The notes under the pieces are model-generated. The model had not been told where the DNA came from. It saw only the letters and a program-made list of their open reading frames with translations, and searched no databases. Made by a program: the position numbers and the translations under genes. Positions 38,688 through 48,983 of a stretch of DNA of 64,000 nt are shown one piece after another; within the stretch, counting starts at the first letter, position 1; each line of letters opens with the position of its first letter. Source of the DNA: Acholeplasmataceae bacterium (GTDB taxonomy: Bacteria > Bacillota_I > Bacilli_A > Acholeplasmatales > Acholeplasmataceae); the NCBI GenBank assembly GCA_963667565.1, contig OY763415.1, positions 608,001-672,000 on the forward strand, given 5' to 3'.

Positions 38688-41253
38688 AACTCTTTAGTTT
38701 CTCCTTTAAAACTTCATATTGATTTAAATAGTCTTGATATTTATCATTTTCTATCTTTATCTTATCTTCTGGTGCTTTGCTCATGAATTTTTCGTTTTTC
38801 AAAAGTGATTCACTACGCTTAATTTCAGCTTCTAGTGTTTCTTTTTGTTTAAGTAAAGTTTCAAGTTCTTTCTTAGGATCAATTAAATCAGATTTAATGA
38901 TATGGATGATAAGTTTAGATCCTAATAATAAAATGGTTTCTTCTGTAGTATTAAGTTTTGTATCCATAGTAAGTTCACTTGTATTTAAGAATTTTTCAAA
39001 GTATGCTTTTTGATTCATAAATATCTCAAGATCACTTTCATTTGAAACAATGATATGAGCTTTAATAGGTTTAGATGGTGCAACTTGGTTTTCAGCTCTT
39101 AAATTTCTAACTTTGACGATTGCATCTTGTATCTCTTTAAAATATTCTATCGCATTTAAATCAACGTTTTCAGCTTTTGGCCAATCGCTAATCATAATTG
39201 ATGGTTCATCAGTAATCTCTAAATATAACTTTTCAGTAACAAATGGAATAAATGGATGCATCAATTTTAAAATGGTACGAAGCACTTTGACTAAAATCGC
39301 TTGAGTTGTTTGCTTATGAGACTCATGATTTAAACTCACCTTTGCAAATTCTAAATACCAATTTGCAAACTCATCCCAGATGAAATTATATAGTGTTCTT
39401 GAAACTTCACCAAACTCATATTTTTCATAATTCATATCTGCTTCAGTAATCACTTCAGATAGTCTTGATAAAATCCATGTGTCATGTAGTTCTAATTGAT
39501 CATTGATTTCTACATGATAATCATCAATATTCATCGTAATAAAACGTGTAATATTCCATAACTTATTAATAAAGTTCCAAGATGATTCTACTTTTTCTTC
39601 TTCATATCTTAAATCAGAACCTGGTGCAGAGTTTGTTGTCAAGAAATATCTAAGTGCATCAACACCATAATGTTTAATAACATCCATTGGGTCAACACCA
39701 TTACCATATGACTTACTCATCTTTCGTCCATCAGATGCACGAATAAGTCCATGGATTAAAACATCTTTAAATGGATCTTGATCTGTAAATTCTATCGCTT
39801 GGAAAATCATTCTAGCAACCCAGAAGAAAATAATATCATATCCAGTGACTAACACATCTGTTGGATAATAACGTTTGAAATCATCTGTGATCTCTGGCCA
39901 TCCAAGTGTTGAAAATGGCCATAATGCTGATGAAAACCATGTATCAAGTACATCTTCGTCTTGTTTCCAATCATCACCTGGAGATTCTATTTGTACTTTG
40001 ACTTCACCATCTTTGTACCAAGCAGGAATACGATGTCCCCACCATAACTGTCTTGAAATACACCAATCTTGTGTATCAGTCATCCAATTAACAAAGATCT
40101 TTTTAAAACGTTCAGGTACAAATTTAGTTTGTGATTTTGAAAGTGATTGTTCAGATAAGACATCCATCTTAACAAACCATTGTTCAGATAATCTTGGTTC
40201 AACAACAACACCTGTTCTTTCACTATAACCGACATTATTTGTATAATCTTCTAGTTTATCTACAAGACCAAGTTTATCTAAGTTTTCAATTAATTTAGCA
40301 CGACATTCAAAACGTTCTAAACCTTCATATTCAAATGCCATCTCATTCATCGTACCATCTTCATGCATACAAAGTGGCATCTCTAAATGATGTCTAACAC
40401 CGACTTCAAAGTCGTTTTGATCATGTGCTGGTGTTACTTTAACAACACCTGTACCAAAACTCATATCAACATAACTATCACTAATGACAGGAATAGATAC
40501 TTTAGTTCCAGGTATATAGACAGTTCTACCAATTACATCCTTATATTTTAAATCATCAGGATGAACCATAAGTGCTTGGTCAGCAAACATCGTCTCTGGA
40601 CGTGTTGTAGCAATCACTAAATATCCATTTCCATCTGTAAATGGATATCTAAAGTAGTATAGTTTACCTTGTGATTCTCTATGTTCTACTTCAATATTTG
40701 ATAATGCTGTTTTGGCTTCAACATCCCAATTGATGATTCTATGTCCACGATAGATTAATCCTTTTTCATATAAGGTTATAAATACTTTATTAACAGCATC
40801 ATTTAACTTTTGATCAAGCGTAAATCTTTCTCTTGAATAATCAACAGAATTTCCAAGTGCTGCCCATTGAGTTTTAATAAATGATGCATACTCATCTTTC
40901 CATGCCCAAGCTTGTTCTAAAAACTTATCTCTTCCTAAATCATAACGAGAAATACCTTGTTCTTTTAATCTTTGGTCTACTTTTGCTTGTGTAGCAATTC
41001 CAGCATGATCCATCCCAGGCAAAAAGAGTGCATCATAGCCTTGCATTCTCTTTCTTCTAATAATAATATCTTGTAATGTATTATCCCAAGCATGTCCTAA
41101 ATGGAGTTTACCTGTAACATTAGGTGGCGGAATAACAATGGTATAAGGTGTTTTTTTCTTATCACCTGCTTTAAAGTATCCGTTATCTACCCATGTTTGA
41201 TATCTATGTTCTTCAACTGACTTAAAGTCATATTTTTTATCAAGTGTTGTCAT
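38680..41253 (-). CDS. valS: Valine--tRNA ligase
   Basis: PPPNVTGKLHLGH, WCISRQLWWGH, KMSKS, C-terminal coiled coil. Confidence 0.98.
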   Translation of the reverse strand: MTTLDKKYDFKSVEEHRYQTWVDNGYFKAGDKKKTPYTIVIPPPNVTGKLHLGHAWDNTLQDIIIRRKRMQGYDALFLPGMDHAGIATQAKVDQRLKEQGISRYDLGRDKFLEQAWAWKDEYASFIKTQWAALGNSVDYSRERFTLDQKLNDAVNKVFITLYEKGLIYRGHRIINWDVEAKTALSNIEVEHRESQGKLYYFRYPFTDGNGYLVIATTRPETMFADQALMVHPDDLKYKDVIGRTVYIPGTKVSIPVISDSYVDMSFGTGVVKVTPAHDQNDFEVGVRHHLEMPLCMHEDGTMNEMAFEYEGLERFECRAKLIENLDKLGLVDKLEDYTNNVGYSERTGVVVEPRLSEQWFVKMDVLSEQSLSKSQTKFVPERFKKIFVNWMTDTQDWCISRQLWWGHRIPAWYKDGEVKVQIESPGDDWKQDEDVLDTWFSSALWPFSTLGWPEITDDFKRYYPTDVLVTGYDIIFFWVARMIFQAIEFTDQDPFKDVLIHGLIRASDGRKMSKSYGNGVDPMDVIKHYGVDALRYFLTTNSAPGSDLRYEEEKVESSWNFINKLWNITRFITMNIDDYHVEINDQLELHDTWILSRLSEVITEADMNYEKYEFGEVSRTLYNFIWDEFANWYLEFAKVSLNHESHKQTTQAILVKVLRTILKLMHPFIPFVTEKLYLEITDEPSIMISDWPKAENVDLNAIEYFKEIQDAIVKVRNLRAENQVAPSKPIKAHIIVSNESDLEIFMNQKAYFEKFLNTSELTMDTKLNTTEETILLLGSKLIIHIIKSDLIDPKKELETLLKQKETLEAEIKRSESLLKNEKFMSKAPEDKIKIENDKYQDYLNQYEVLKEKLKSYV

Positions 41254-41791
41254 TGTTTTGCTCTCTTTCTAAAAATTCTTTTTTATCTATTTTATACATG
41301 AGGACATCAACATCATCATGTTTATAATCTTTTCTTTTTTCTGTATGCGTGTATGTAAATTTAAGTTTTTCAATCACGCGTTTTGATTGAATGTTATGGG
41401 CGTAGTGTCCACATACAATTTTGTCACAACCTAGTGAATGAAATCCATAAAATAATATTTCATCGGATGCTTCTTTAACGATACCTTGTCCCCAATAAGT
41501 GTCATCAAGCGCATAACCAAGCTCTCGAACGTTTTCTAAAGCTTGAAAAAAATCTTTGATGTGAAGACCGATAGTTCCAATAACTTGATCACTTTGTTTT
41601 AATGTAATTGCCCAAGTATCATTATCATGAATCATCATTCTAACAATCTTATGAGTATCATCGATACTTTTGTGTGGTAACCACCCTGCCATTGGACCAA
41701 TGTTTGGTTTTACAGCATATGTGAAGATATCAAATGCATCTTCTTTCTTTAGTGGTCTAAGTATTAATCTTTTGGTTACGATTGTTTTCAT
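41240..41791 (-). CDS. GNAT family (RimJ/RimL-like) N-acetyltransferase
   Basis: TKRLILRP, ELGYAL...YWGQGI, NIQSKRVIEKLKF; GAGGTG RBS before ATG 41791. Confidence 0.88.
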   Translation of the reverse strand: MKTIVTKRLILRPLKKEDAFDIFTYAVKPNIGPMAGWLPHKSIDDTHKIVRMMIHDNDTWAITLKQSDQVIGTIGLHIKDFFQALENVRELGYALDDTYWGQGIVKEASDEILFYGFHSLGCDKIVCGHYAHNIQSKRVIEKLKFTYTHTEKRKDYKHDDVDVLMYKIDKKEFLEREQNNDNT

Positions 41792-41802
41792 ATACACCTC
41801 TA

Positions 41803-42032
41803 ATAAAAAAAGTCCCTAGACATTATGTCTAAGGACGATTGATCGCGGTACCACCTTAGTTCTAGAGAAAACTCTAGCACTTTAACTCTTTAACGCAGAG
41901 ATACGTAAATAGTTACTTTAATGTTCACCATTTAAGCTTCCTAGCTACCTTCTAATCAGTCCCATCAGATTTTGCACCAACCAATCTGTCTCTAACAAAG
42001 GATTTGACTATACTCCTCTAGTTCTTCGCTTT
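41803..42032 (-). ncRNA. T-box riboswitch, valine specifier
   Basis: T-box AAGGTGGTACCGCG (41857-41844); AGTA loop, AGAGA and GGTGCAA stem I motifs; specifier GAAG-GTA (Val, 41948-41946); terminator GTCCTTAGAC-ATAAT-GTCTAGGGAC-T7. Confidence 0.93.
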
Positions 42033-42100
42033 AGTAATATATTAACACAATAAAGTCTTTAAAACAATCAACTTAAATCGTATTTTACGGATTATTTCAA

Positions 42101-43267
42101 TTAATTTTCGTGAAATAAATCTCTTGTATATACTTTTTCAATAACATCTTCAATTTCTTTTGTAATTCTATTTACGATGATAACATCACAAAGAGTTTTA
42201 AATTCATCCAAATTATTAACTACTCTTGAACTAAAAAACATATCTTCATTTAATTCAGGTTCATAGACAATAACCTCAATGCCTTTAGCTTTAATACGCT
42301 TCATAACACCTTGAATTGCTGATTGTCTAAAATTGTCTGAGCCAGACTTCATCGTTAATCGATATACACCTACAGTCTTTGGCTTTTGTTTAATTATTTG
42401 ATCTGCAATATGGTCTTTTCTTGTGCGGTTCGCATCTACAATTGCAGACATAATGTTTTGTGGAACATCTTGATAATTAGCAAGTAATTGCTTTGTATCC
42501 TTAGGTAAACAATATCCCCCATATCCAAATGATGGATTATTGTAATGCGTTCCAATTCTAGGATCTAGACCAACACCATCAATGATTTGTTTTGTATTTA
42601 ATCCTCTTATTTCAGCATAAGAATCTAGTTCATTAAAAAATGCAACACGTAATGCTAAATAGGTATTTGCAAACAACTTAATAGCTTCTGCTTCGGTTGG
42701 ATCAGTATATAAAATAGGAATATCTTTTTTAATTGCACCTTCAACTAATAATCCTGCAAAAACTTCAGCTCTATATGATTGTTCTCCAATGACAATACGT
42801 GAAGGATATAAGTTATCATAAAGTGCTTTTCCTTCTCTTAAGAATTCAGGAGAAAAAATAACATTATTAGTATCAAGTCTTTCTTTAACTTCTTTTGTAA
42901 ATCCTACAGGTACTGTTGATTTAATGATCATGACTGCACTTGGATTAATTGCTTTAACATCTTTGATGACTGCTTCCACTGATTTAGTATTAAAATAATT
43001 TAAATCAGGATCATAATTAGTCGGTGTTGCTATAATCACATAACTTGCATCTTTATATGCTAGTTCTTTATCAGTTGTTGCTAGTAAATCTAAATCTTTT
43101 GTTTTTAAATAAAATTCGATTTCTTGATCAACGATAGGAGATAATTTTTGATTGACTAAATCTACTTTTTCCTTTACTAAATCAAGTGCAACGACGTTAT
43201 GATGTTGACTAAGTAAAACTGCATTGGCTAAACCAACGTATCCCAAACCTGCAATTGCTATTTTCAT
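42101..43267 (-). CDS. ugd: UDP-glucose 6-dehydrogenase
   Basis: [28 protein letters not shown]. Confidence 0.95.
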   Translation of the reverse strand: MKIAIAGLGYVGLANAVLLSQHHNVVALDLVKEKVDLVNQKLSPIVDQEIEFYLKTKDLDLLATTDKELAYKDASYVIIATPTNYDPDLNYFNTKSVEAVIKDVKAINPSAVMIIKSTVPVGFTKEVKERLDTNNVIFSPEFLREGKALYDNLYPSRIVIGEQSYRAEVFAGLLVEGAIKKDIPILYTDPTEAEAIKLFANTYLALRVAFFNELDSYAEIRGLNTKQIIDGVGLDPRIGTHYNNPSFGYGGYCLPKDTKQLLANYQDVPQNIMSAIVDANRTRKDHIADQIIKQKPKTVGVYRLTMKSGSDNFRQSAIQGVMKRIKAKGIEVIVYEPELNEDMFFSSRVVNNLDEFKTLCDVIIVNRITKEIEDVIEKVYTRDLFHEN

Positions 43268-43298
43268 AAATTCACCCCATTATATATTTAAAAAATTC

Positions 43299-43871
43299 TT
43301 ATTTTACTTTTTCAAGAAAATAATTTCTAACCATATCTAAATTAATCTTATCAGTATTACTTACTTTTATAAAATGTTTAGGTTGTCCTAACTTTTCTTT
43401 AATGACTTTTTCTTGTTTAAAGCGTTTAGTTGATGGTATTTTATCAAGCTTAGTCGCAATCACTAAAACGTCAAGTCCAAGATCTTGTAAATATTGATAC
43501 ATATCAAGATCATCAACCGTAGGTCCTACTTTAAAATCAATGAGTAAACACACCAATTTAATTGATAAGCTTTCTTTCAAAAAGCCATCAATCATATAAA
43601 TGAAATGATCTTGCATACTTTTAGAACGTCTTGCATAACCATAACCTGGGGCATCAACTAAATAAAATGATTCATTGATTAAATAAAAGTTCATCAGTAA
43701 TGTTTTTCCAGGTGTATTTGATATTCTTGCTAACTGTTTACGATTAGTTAAAGCATTGATAAAAGAGCTTTTACCAACGTTGCTTCGACCGAGCAATAAC
43801 ACCTGAGGACGATCATCAGGTTGGTCTTTAGCAAATTCTAAACTTTTTATATACTCTGATTGATAAAACAT
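43299..43871 (-). CDS. engB: Ribosome biogenesis GTPase YsxC/EngB
   Basis: GRSNVGKSS, SNTPGKT, DAPGYG, TKLD; follows lon. Confidence 0.95.
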   Translation of the reverse strand: MFYQSEYIKSLEFAKDQPDDRPQVLLLGRSNVGKSSFINALTNRKQLARISNTPGKTLLMNFYLINESFYLVDAPGYGYARRSKSMQDHFIYMIDGFLKESLSIKLVCLLIDFKVGPTVDDLDMYQYLQDLGLDVLVIATKLDKIPSTKRFKQEKVIKEKLGQPKHFIKVSNTDKINLDMVRNYFLEKVK

Positions 43872-43886
43872 AGGTTCTCCCTTAAT

Positions 43887-43911
43887 AAAAAAAGTAGTCC
43901 AAAGACTACTT
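43887..43911 (-). terminator. Terminator-like hairpin between lon and engB
   Basis: A-run + AAGTAGTC-caaa-GACTACTT. Confidence 0.7.
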
Positions 43912-43921
43912 CTATTATAAC

Positions 43922-46231
43922 TTATTTGAGCGCTAATGAAAAGACTTGATTAACACTTTCAACTGGAATGATTTCAAGTGCTTCTCTAACTTCTTTTGGT
44001 ATATCATCGATATCCTTTTCATTTTCTTTAGGAATTAAAATCGTTTTTAACCCTGAGCGATGTGCTGCAATGGATTTTTCTTTTAATCCACCAATAGGTA
44101 ACACATATCCTCTTAATGTGATTTCACCTGTCATACCAAGGTTTTTCTTCACCAAGCGTTTAGATGCTGCTGATGCGATGGCAGTTGCCATGGTTATCCC
44201 TGCTGATGGTCCATCTTTTGGAATAGCACCTTCAGGAACATGGACATGGAAATCATTGTCTTTAAAGATTTCTGGATCAATGCCTAACTCTTCAGCATTA
44301 GATTTAACAAATGAAAGGGCTGTTTGTGCAGATTCTTTCATCACATCTCCAAGCTTACCTGTTAAGACTAAATTACCTCTACCTTTATAGTATGTAACTT
44401 CAACTGATAGAGTGTCTCCACCAAATGCAGTATATGCAAGACCTGTAACAACACCAACTTGTTCTTTTTCATCTGTGATGTTATGTGTAAACTTAGGTTT
44501 ACCGACATATTTTTCTAAATTGATATCATCTACTGCAACATGAGATACTTTTTCAAGTAAGATTTCTTTAATTGCTTTTCTCACAAGTGCACCAATGTAT
44601 CTATTTAATTCACGGACACCAGCTTCTCTTGTATAATGACGAATAATCTTAAAGATCGCTTCATCAGAGATTGAAAATTGACTATCTTTTAATCCATGTG
44701 CTTTTAATTGTTTTTTAATTAAATGTTTTTTAGCAATTTGGAATTTTTCTTGTTCTGTATAACTTGATAATTCAACAATTTCCATTCTATCTCTTAAAGG
44801 TGCTGGCACATTTTCAAGATAGTTTGCAGTTGTAATAAATAACACTTGAGATAAATCATATGGTTCTTCTAAGTAATGATCACTAAATTTCGCATTTTGT
44901 TCTGGATCTAGGACTTCCAGCATCGCAGAGGCTGGATCACCTTTATAATCAGATGACATCTTATCGATTTCATCAAGTAAGAATACTGGGTTTACTGTAC
45001 CTGCATCTTTCATACCTTTAATGATTCTACCAGGCATAGCGCCGATGTAGGTTCTTCTATGACCTCTAATTTCAGATTCATCTCTGACACCACCTAAAGA
45101 TTGTTTAACAAACTTACGGTTGAGTGCTTCAGCAATAGAAATGGCTAATGAAGTTTTACCAACCCCTGGAGGGCCTGCAAGACACAAAATTGTTTGTGGA
45201 TTACGTTTTGTCATAATCTTAACAGCTAAATACTCAATAATTCTTTCTTTGACTTTATCAAGTGCATAGTGGTTTTCATCTAACTTTTCCTTAACTTTAT
45301 CTAATTTGTAGTTATCCTTAGATGCTTTATACCAAGGAAGTTCTACAAGTAGATCAAGGTACGTTTTAATAATTGAAGATTCAGCCATCGCTTGAGGTGT
45401 TGACTGATATCTTGATAATTCTTGTAATGCTTTTTCTTCAATCGCTTTAGGCATTTTAGCTTTTAAGATTTTTTCTCTGAGTTCATCGATTTCATCTTCT
45501 TTTTTCGCTTTATCGCCTAATTCGTTTTGAATTGCTCTCATCTTTTCACGAAGATAATATTCTTTTTGATTTTCATCAATGGATTGTTTAATGTCATCAT
45601 TAATCTTTTGTTCAAGATCAACAATCATCTTTAAACGATTCATATCTTCAAGTAAGAATTTTAATCTTTGATTAAGGTTTAATTCTTTAACGTATTTGAT
45701 CTTATCTGCTTCATTAATTTTTAATCCGTTTGCAACAATATCACAAACCTTATCAGATGAAGCACCTTGTCCAATGCGATCAAGGACTTGTTTATTTGAA
45801 TGAAGAATGATTGATTCACTCTTAGTGACTTCATCCATCACCATTTTAACAAGTGTTTGCTCTTCAGCAATATCACCATTAATGGTTTCTAATTCCTTAT
45901 ATTCAACAACAAAATATGGTTCTGTTACAAAATAATCAGTGATTTCAACACGATTTAATATTTGTAATTTTGTCTTATAAGAACCATTAGGTAATTTAAT
46001 TTTCATTTGAACTTTCACTAAAAGACCAAATGTTTCCATATCTTCTAGAGTTGGATTTTCAATGAGTGGGTTCTTTTGAATTAAAACAATCGCAAAAGAT
46101 CCGAAATTTCTCTCAGCTTCTTCCATTGCTTTTAAAGATACACTTCTTCCAACTTCAATTCTAATATCATTATTTGGAATTGGGACAACGCCACGCACAA
46201 CTAGTGCAGGTAGACTTTTAGATAGTTCCAT
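43922..46231 (-). CDS. lon: ATP-dependent protease La
   Basis: GPPGVGKTS, GHRRTYIG, PKDGPSAG, IGGLKEK. Confidence 0.97.
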   Translation of the reverse strand: MELSKSLPALVVRGVVPIPNNDIRIEVGRSVSLKAMEEAERNFGSFAIVLIQKNPLIENPTLEDMETFGLLVKVQMKIKLPNGSYKTKLQILNRVEITDYFVTEPYFVVEYKELETINGDIAEEQTLVKMVMDEVTKSESIILHSNKQVLDRIGQGASSDKVCDIVANGLKINEADKIKYVKELNLNQRLKFLLEDMNRLKMIVDLEQKINDDIKQSIDENQKEYYLREKMRAIQNELGDKAKKEDEIDELREKILKAKMPKAIEEKALQELSRYQSTPQAMAESSIIKTYLDLLVELPWYKASKDNYKLDKVKEKLDENHYALDKVKERIIEYLAVKIMTKRNPQTILCLAGPPGVGKTSLAISIAEALNRKFVKQSLGGVRDESEIRGHRRTYIGAMPGRIIKGMKDAGTVNPVFLLDEIDKMSSDYKGDPASAMLEVLDPEQNAKFSDHYLEEPYDLSQVLFITTANYLENVPAPLRDRMEIVELSSYTEQEKFQIAKKHLIKKQLKAHGLKDSQFSISDEAIFKIIRHYTREAGVRELNRYIGALVRKAIKEILLEKVSHVAVDDINLEKYVGKPKFTHNITDEKEQVGVVTGLAYTAFGGDTLSVEVTYYKGRGNLVLTGKLGDVMKESAQTALSFVKSNAEELGIDPEIFKDNDFHVHVPEGAIPKDGPSAGITMATAIASAASKRLVKKNLGMTGEITLRGYVLPIGGLKEKSIAAHRSGLKTILIPKENEKDIDDIPKEVREALEIIPVESVNQVFSLALK

Positions 46232-46286
46232 AGACTCACATCCTCTATATTGGTTTTCATTTTATATTATAGCACGAAACTTAAGA

Positions 46287-46313
46287 TTTGCAATCATTAA
46301 GCACGAGTGCCAA
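46287..46313 (-). promoter_or_regulatory. CIRCE element (HrcA operator) upstream of lon
   Basis: TTGGCACTC-N9-GATTGCAAA versus consensus TTAGCACTC-N9-GAGTGCTAA; overlaps a TTGCAA -35, with TGCTATAAT downstream. Confidence 0.75.
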
Positions 46314-46325
46314 TTCAATATATTA

Positions 46326-46355
46326 AAACAAGGGAAATTATGTGTTTTCCCTTGT
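46326..46355 (-). terminator. Terminator after tig
   Basis: ACAAGGGAAA...TTTCCCTTGT with an A-run on the left. Confidence 0.7.
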
Positions 46356-46376
46356 CATATTTATTCATTTGTTGTA

Positions 46377-47657
46377 TTATACTCTTTTTGCAGATTCTAA
46401 TATAAAATTGTATGCTTTTTCGTTTTGAATATCTAATGAAATCATGTCTCTAGTTAAATATTTATCAATATCTTCTAACTTCAAGTTATACATACCAGCT
46501 AATTTTTCTTTTCTAGCTGCGATATCTTCATCAGTAACTTCAAAATTTTCAGCCTTAGCGATTGCTTCAATGACTAAATTTACTTTAAGTCTAGCTTCAG
46601 CATCTTTTTTAGCTTGTTCTTCGAATTGTTCTTCAGTTAATCCAGAGAAACTTAAATACATTTCAAATTCTAAACCATATTGTTTAGCTTGTTCTTTTAA
46701 TTGTTCTCTATATTGAGCAAATTCTTGATTAATCATTGATTCAGGAACTGTCACAGTTGCTGCTTCAACAACTTTAGATAAAATCGCTTCATTTTCTTCT
46801 GCAGTCGCTTTTTGTGCTCTTTCAGTAGCAATTTGTTCTTTTAATACTGCTTTTAATTCATCAAGTGTTTTAGCGTCTTCTCTTTCTAAAGATGCAACAA
46901 ATTCATCATTAAGTTCAGGTCTTACAGTCGATTTAACTTCATGAACTAAAATTTTAAATGTTGCTTCTTTACCAGCTAAATTTTCAGCTTGATAGTCTTG
47001 AGGGAATGTGACAACGATATCTTTAGCATCTCCTGCTTTTAAACCTTCCATTTGGATTTCAAATCCAGGAATGAATTGGTTTGAACCGATTTCTAATTGA
47101 TAGTTTTCTGCTTTTCCACCTTCAAATGGAACACCTTCAACAAATCCTTCAAAATCAAAGATTGCGGTATCGCCTGGTTCAAGTGCTTTATCGACAACAT
47201 CAAGTGTTGATTTAGTTGCAATTAAGCGATCTAGTTCTTCTTTTAAGTCTTGTTCATGAGATGTCACTACAACTTTAGCAACTTCAACTTCTTTATATTG
47301 TCCAAGTGTAACTTCTGGTTTTAAATCAAAAATTAAATGAACTTCAAATGCTTCTTCTCTTGAAACTTTAGCAAAATCCACATCAACTTGTGGTTCACCA
47401 ATTGTACCGAATTCTGGGTGCATTTGAACTTCTTGATATTTATGGTTTAATGCATGATTAATTGCGTCTTCATATAATGATTCCACCCCATATTTTGATT
47501 CAAATACATTTCTAGGAACATGTCCTTTTCTAAAACCTTTAATTTCTAGGTCTTGTTGAACATGTGCAAATGCATGGTCTAATGCATGTTCAAATTCATG
47601 TGGAGTCACTTCAAAAGTAAACTTACCACGATTGTTTTCAATTTTTTCAAATTTCAT
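46377..47657 (-). CDS. tig: Trigger factor
   Basis: GFRKGHVP ribosome-binding motif; FKBP domain (FEGG, FIPGFE). Confidence 0.96.
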   Translation of the reverse strand: MKFEKIENNRGKFTFEVTPHEFEHALDHAFAHVQQDLEIKGFRKGHVPRNVFESKYGVESLYEDAINHALNHKYQEVQMHPEFGTIGEPQVDVDFAKVSREEAFEVHLIFDLKPEVTLGQYKEVEVAKVVVTSHEQDLKEELDRLIATKSTLDVVDKALEPGDTAIFDFEGFVEGVPFEGGKAENYQLEIGSNQFIPGFEIQMEGLKAGDAKDIVVTFPQDYQAENLAGKEATFKILVHEVKSTVRPELNDEFVASLEREDAKTLDELKAVLKEQIATERAQKATAEENEAILSKVVEAATVTVPESMINQEFAQYREQLKEQAKQYGLEFEMYLSFSGLTEEQFEEQAKKDAEARLKVNLVIEAIAKAENFEVTDEDIAARKEKLAGMYNLKLEDIDKYLTRDMISLDIQNEKAYNFILESAKRV

Positions 47658-47794
47658 ATTTTTTTACTCCTTGCTTCGTTTTATCTAACCTTAAATATTA
47701 TAACATATCTTTTTTGAAAAAAAAGGTTTTTAATTTGCTCGTTGCAGTTTTTATGATTTTGAGATACAATAAGCCTAACAGTGGAGGTTTTTAT

Positions 47795-48913
47795 ATGATT
47801 ACAATCAAAGAAGTCAAGACGAAACTTGACGGATGGCGTTTTACAGAATTTCCAAATAAAATGTATAAAGATGTTGAACCTTTTGTTCCAGCTTTATCGA
47901 TGGATGAAAGAGTTGTCTTTGACAAAAAGAAAAATCCAGTTCATGACTATTGTGAAAGTATTCGCTTCTTAGCATATCAAGATGGCGAAATAGTTGGTCG
48001 TATTGCTGGGATTATCAATCACTCATGGAATGAAGCCTTTAACAAAAAAACTGGTCGTTTCACAAGAATTGATATGATTGATGACATCGAAGTCACTAAA
48101 GCTTTAATCGATGCAGTCACAAGCTGGGTTAAAGAACGTGGCATGAATGAACTGATTGGACCTATTGGATTTACGGACTTAGATAGACAAGGGATGCTCG
48201 TCGATGGTTTTGATCAGCTCAACATGTTTATTACCATCTATAATCATCCATACTATCATGAGCATCTAGAACAACTAGGATTTATAAAAGATGTTGATTG
48301 GGTTGAAAAGAAAATCACCTGGCCAACAGTTGTGCCTGATAAAGTAGCTCGTGGTGCTAAAATCGCAAGAGAACGTTATGGATATCAACTCATTAAAATA
48401 AATAAGAAAAAAGATGTATTTAAATATATTTATGAAGCATTTAATGTTTATAATGAAGCATTCATGGAACTTTATGGATTCTTTCCAATCACTAATAAAG
48501 TCATGGATTACTACATTAAACAAGTCATCGCATTAGTGCAACTTCAATGGTTATGGTTTGTTGCTGACAAAGATGGGAAAATCGCCGGATTTGCAGTATT
48601 AATGCCTAGCTTAGCTGCTGTAAATAAGAGAAATAATGGTAAAATGTTGCCTTTTGGTATCTTTAGAGTGTTAAAGGCTTTAAAGAATCAAGAGGTCATG
48701 GATTTCTACTTTGTCGCAGTCGATCCAAGACATCAAAATCGCGGTATGATGGCTCTATTTATGGAAGATGCAATCTTAACTGGACAAAAATATGGTGTCA
48801 AAGTTGCTGAGACAGGTCCAGAGTTAGAACTCAACATGGCAATCCAAAATCAATGGAAAGATTTTGAGTACGAAGGACATAAAAGAAGACGTTGTTATAA
48901 AAAAGATATTTAA
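47795..48913 (+). CDS. Tandem-GNAT acyltransferase of the YghO / bacterial ceramide synthase-like family
   Basis: FP..MY...FVP.L..D, NP, FLA..DG..VGRIAGIIN, GPIGFTDLD..GMLVDGFD, IYNHPYY; GGAGG RBS before ATG 47795. Confidence 0.72.
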   Translation: MITIKEVKTKLDGWRFTEFPNKMYKDVEPFVPALSMDERVVFDKKKNPVHDYCESIRFLAYQDGEIVGRIAGIINHSWNEAFNKKTGRFTRIDMIDDIEVTKALIDAVTSWVKERGMNELIGPIGFTDLDRQGMLVDGFDQLNMFITIYNHPYYHEHLEQLGFIKDVDWVEKKITWPTVVPDKVARGAKIARERYGYQLIKINKKKDVFKYIYEAFNVYNEAFMELYGFFPITNKVMDYYIKQVIALVQLQWLWFVADKDGKIAGFAVLMPSLAAVNKRNNGKMLPFGIFRVLKALKNQEVMDFYFVAVDPRHQNRGMMALFMEDAILTGQKYGVKVAETGPELELNMAIQNQWKDFEYEGHKRRRCYKKDI

Positions 48914-48935
48914 AGAGGATAATTCCTCTTTTTTT
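48912..48935 (+). terminator. Intrinsic terminator
   Basis: AAAGAGGA-taat-TCCTCTTT + T-run. Confidence 0.75.
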
Positions 48936-48983
48936 ATATATTTATGCTAAAATATCAATATATATTGAAAAAGGAAAGACACT

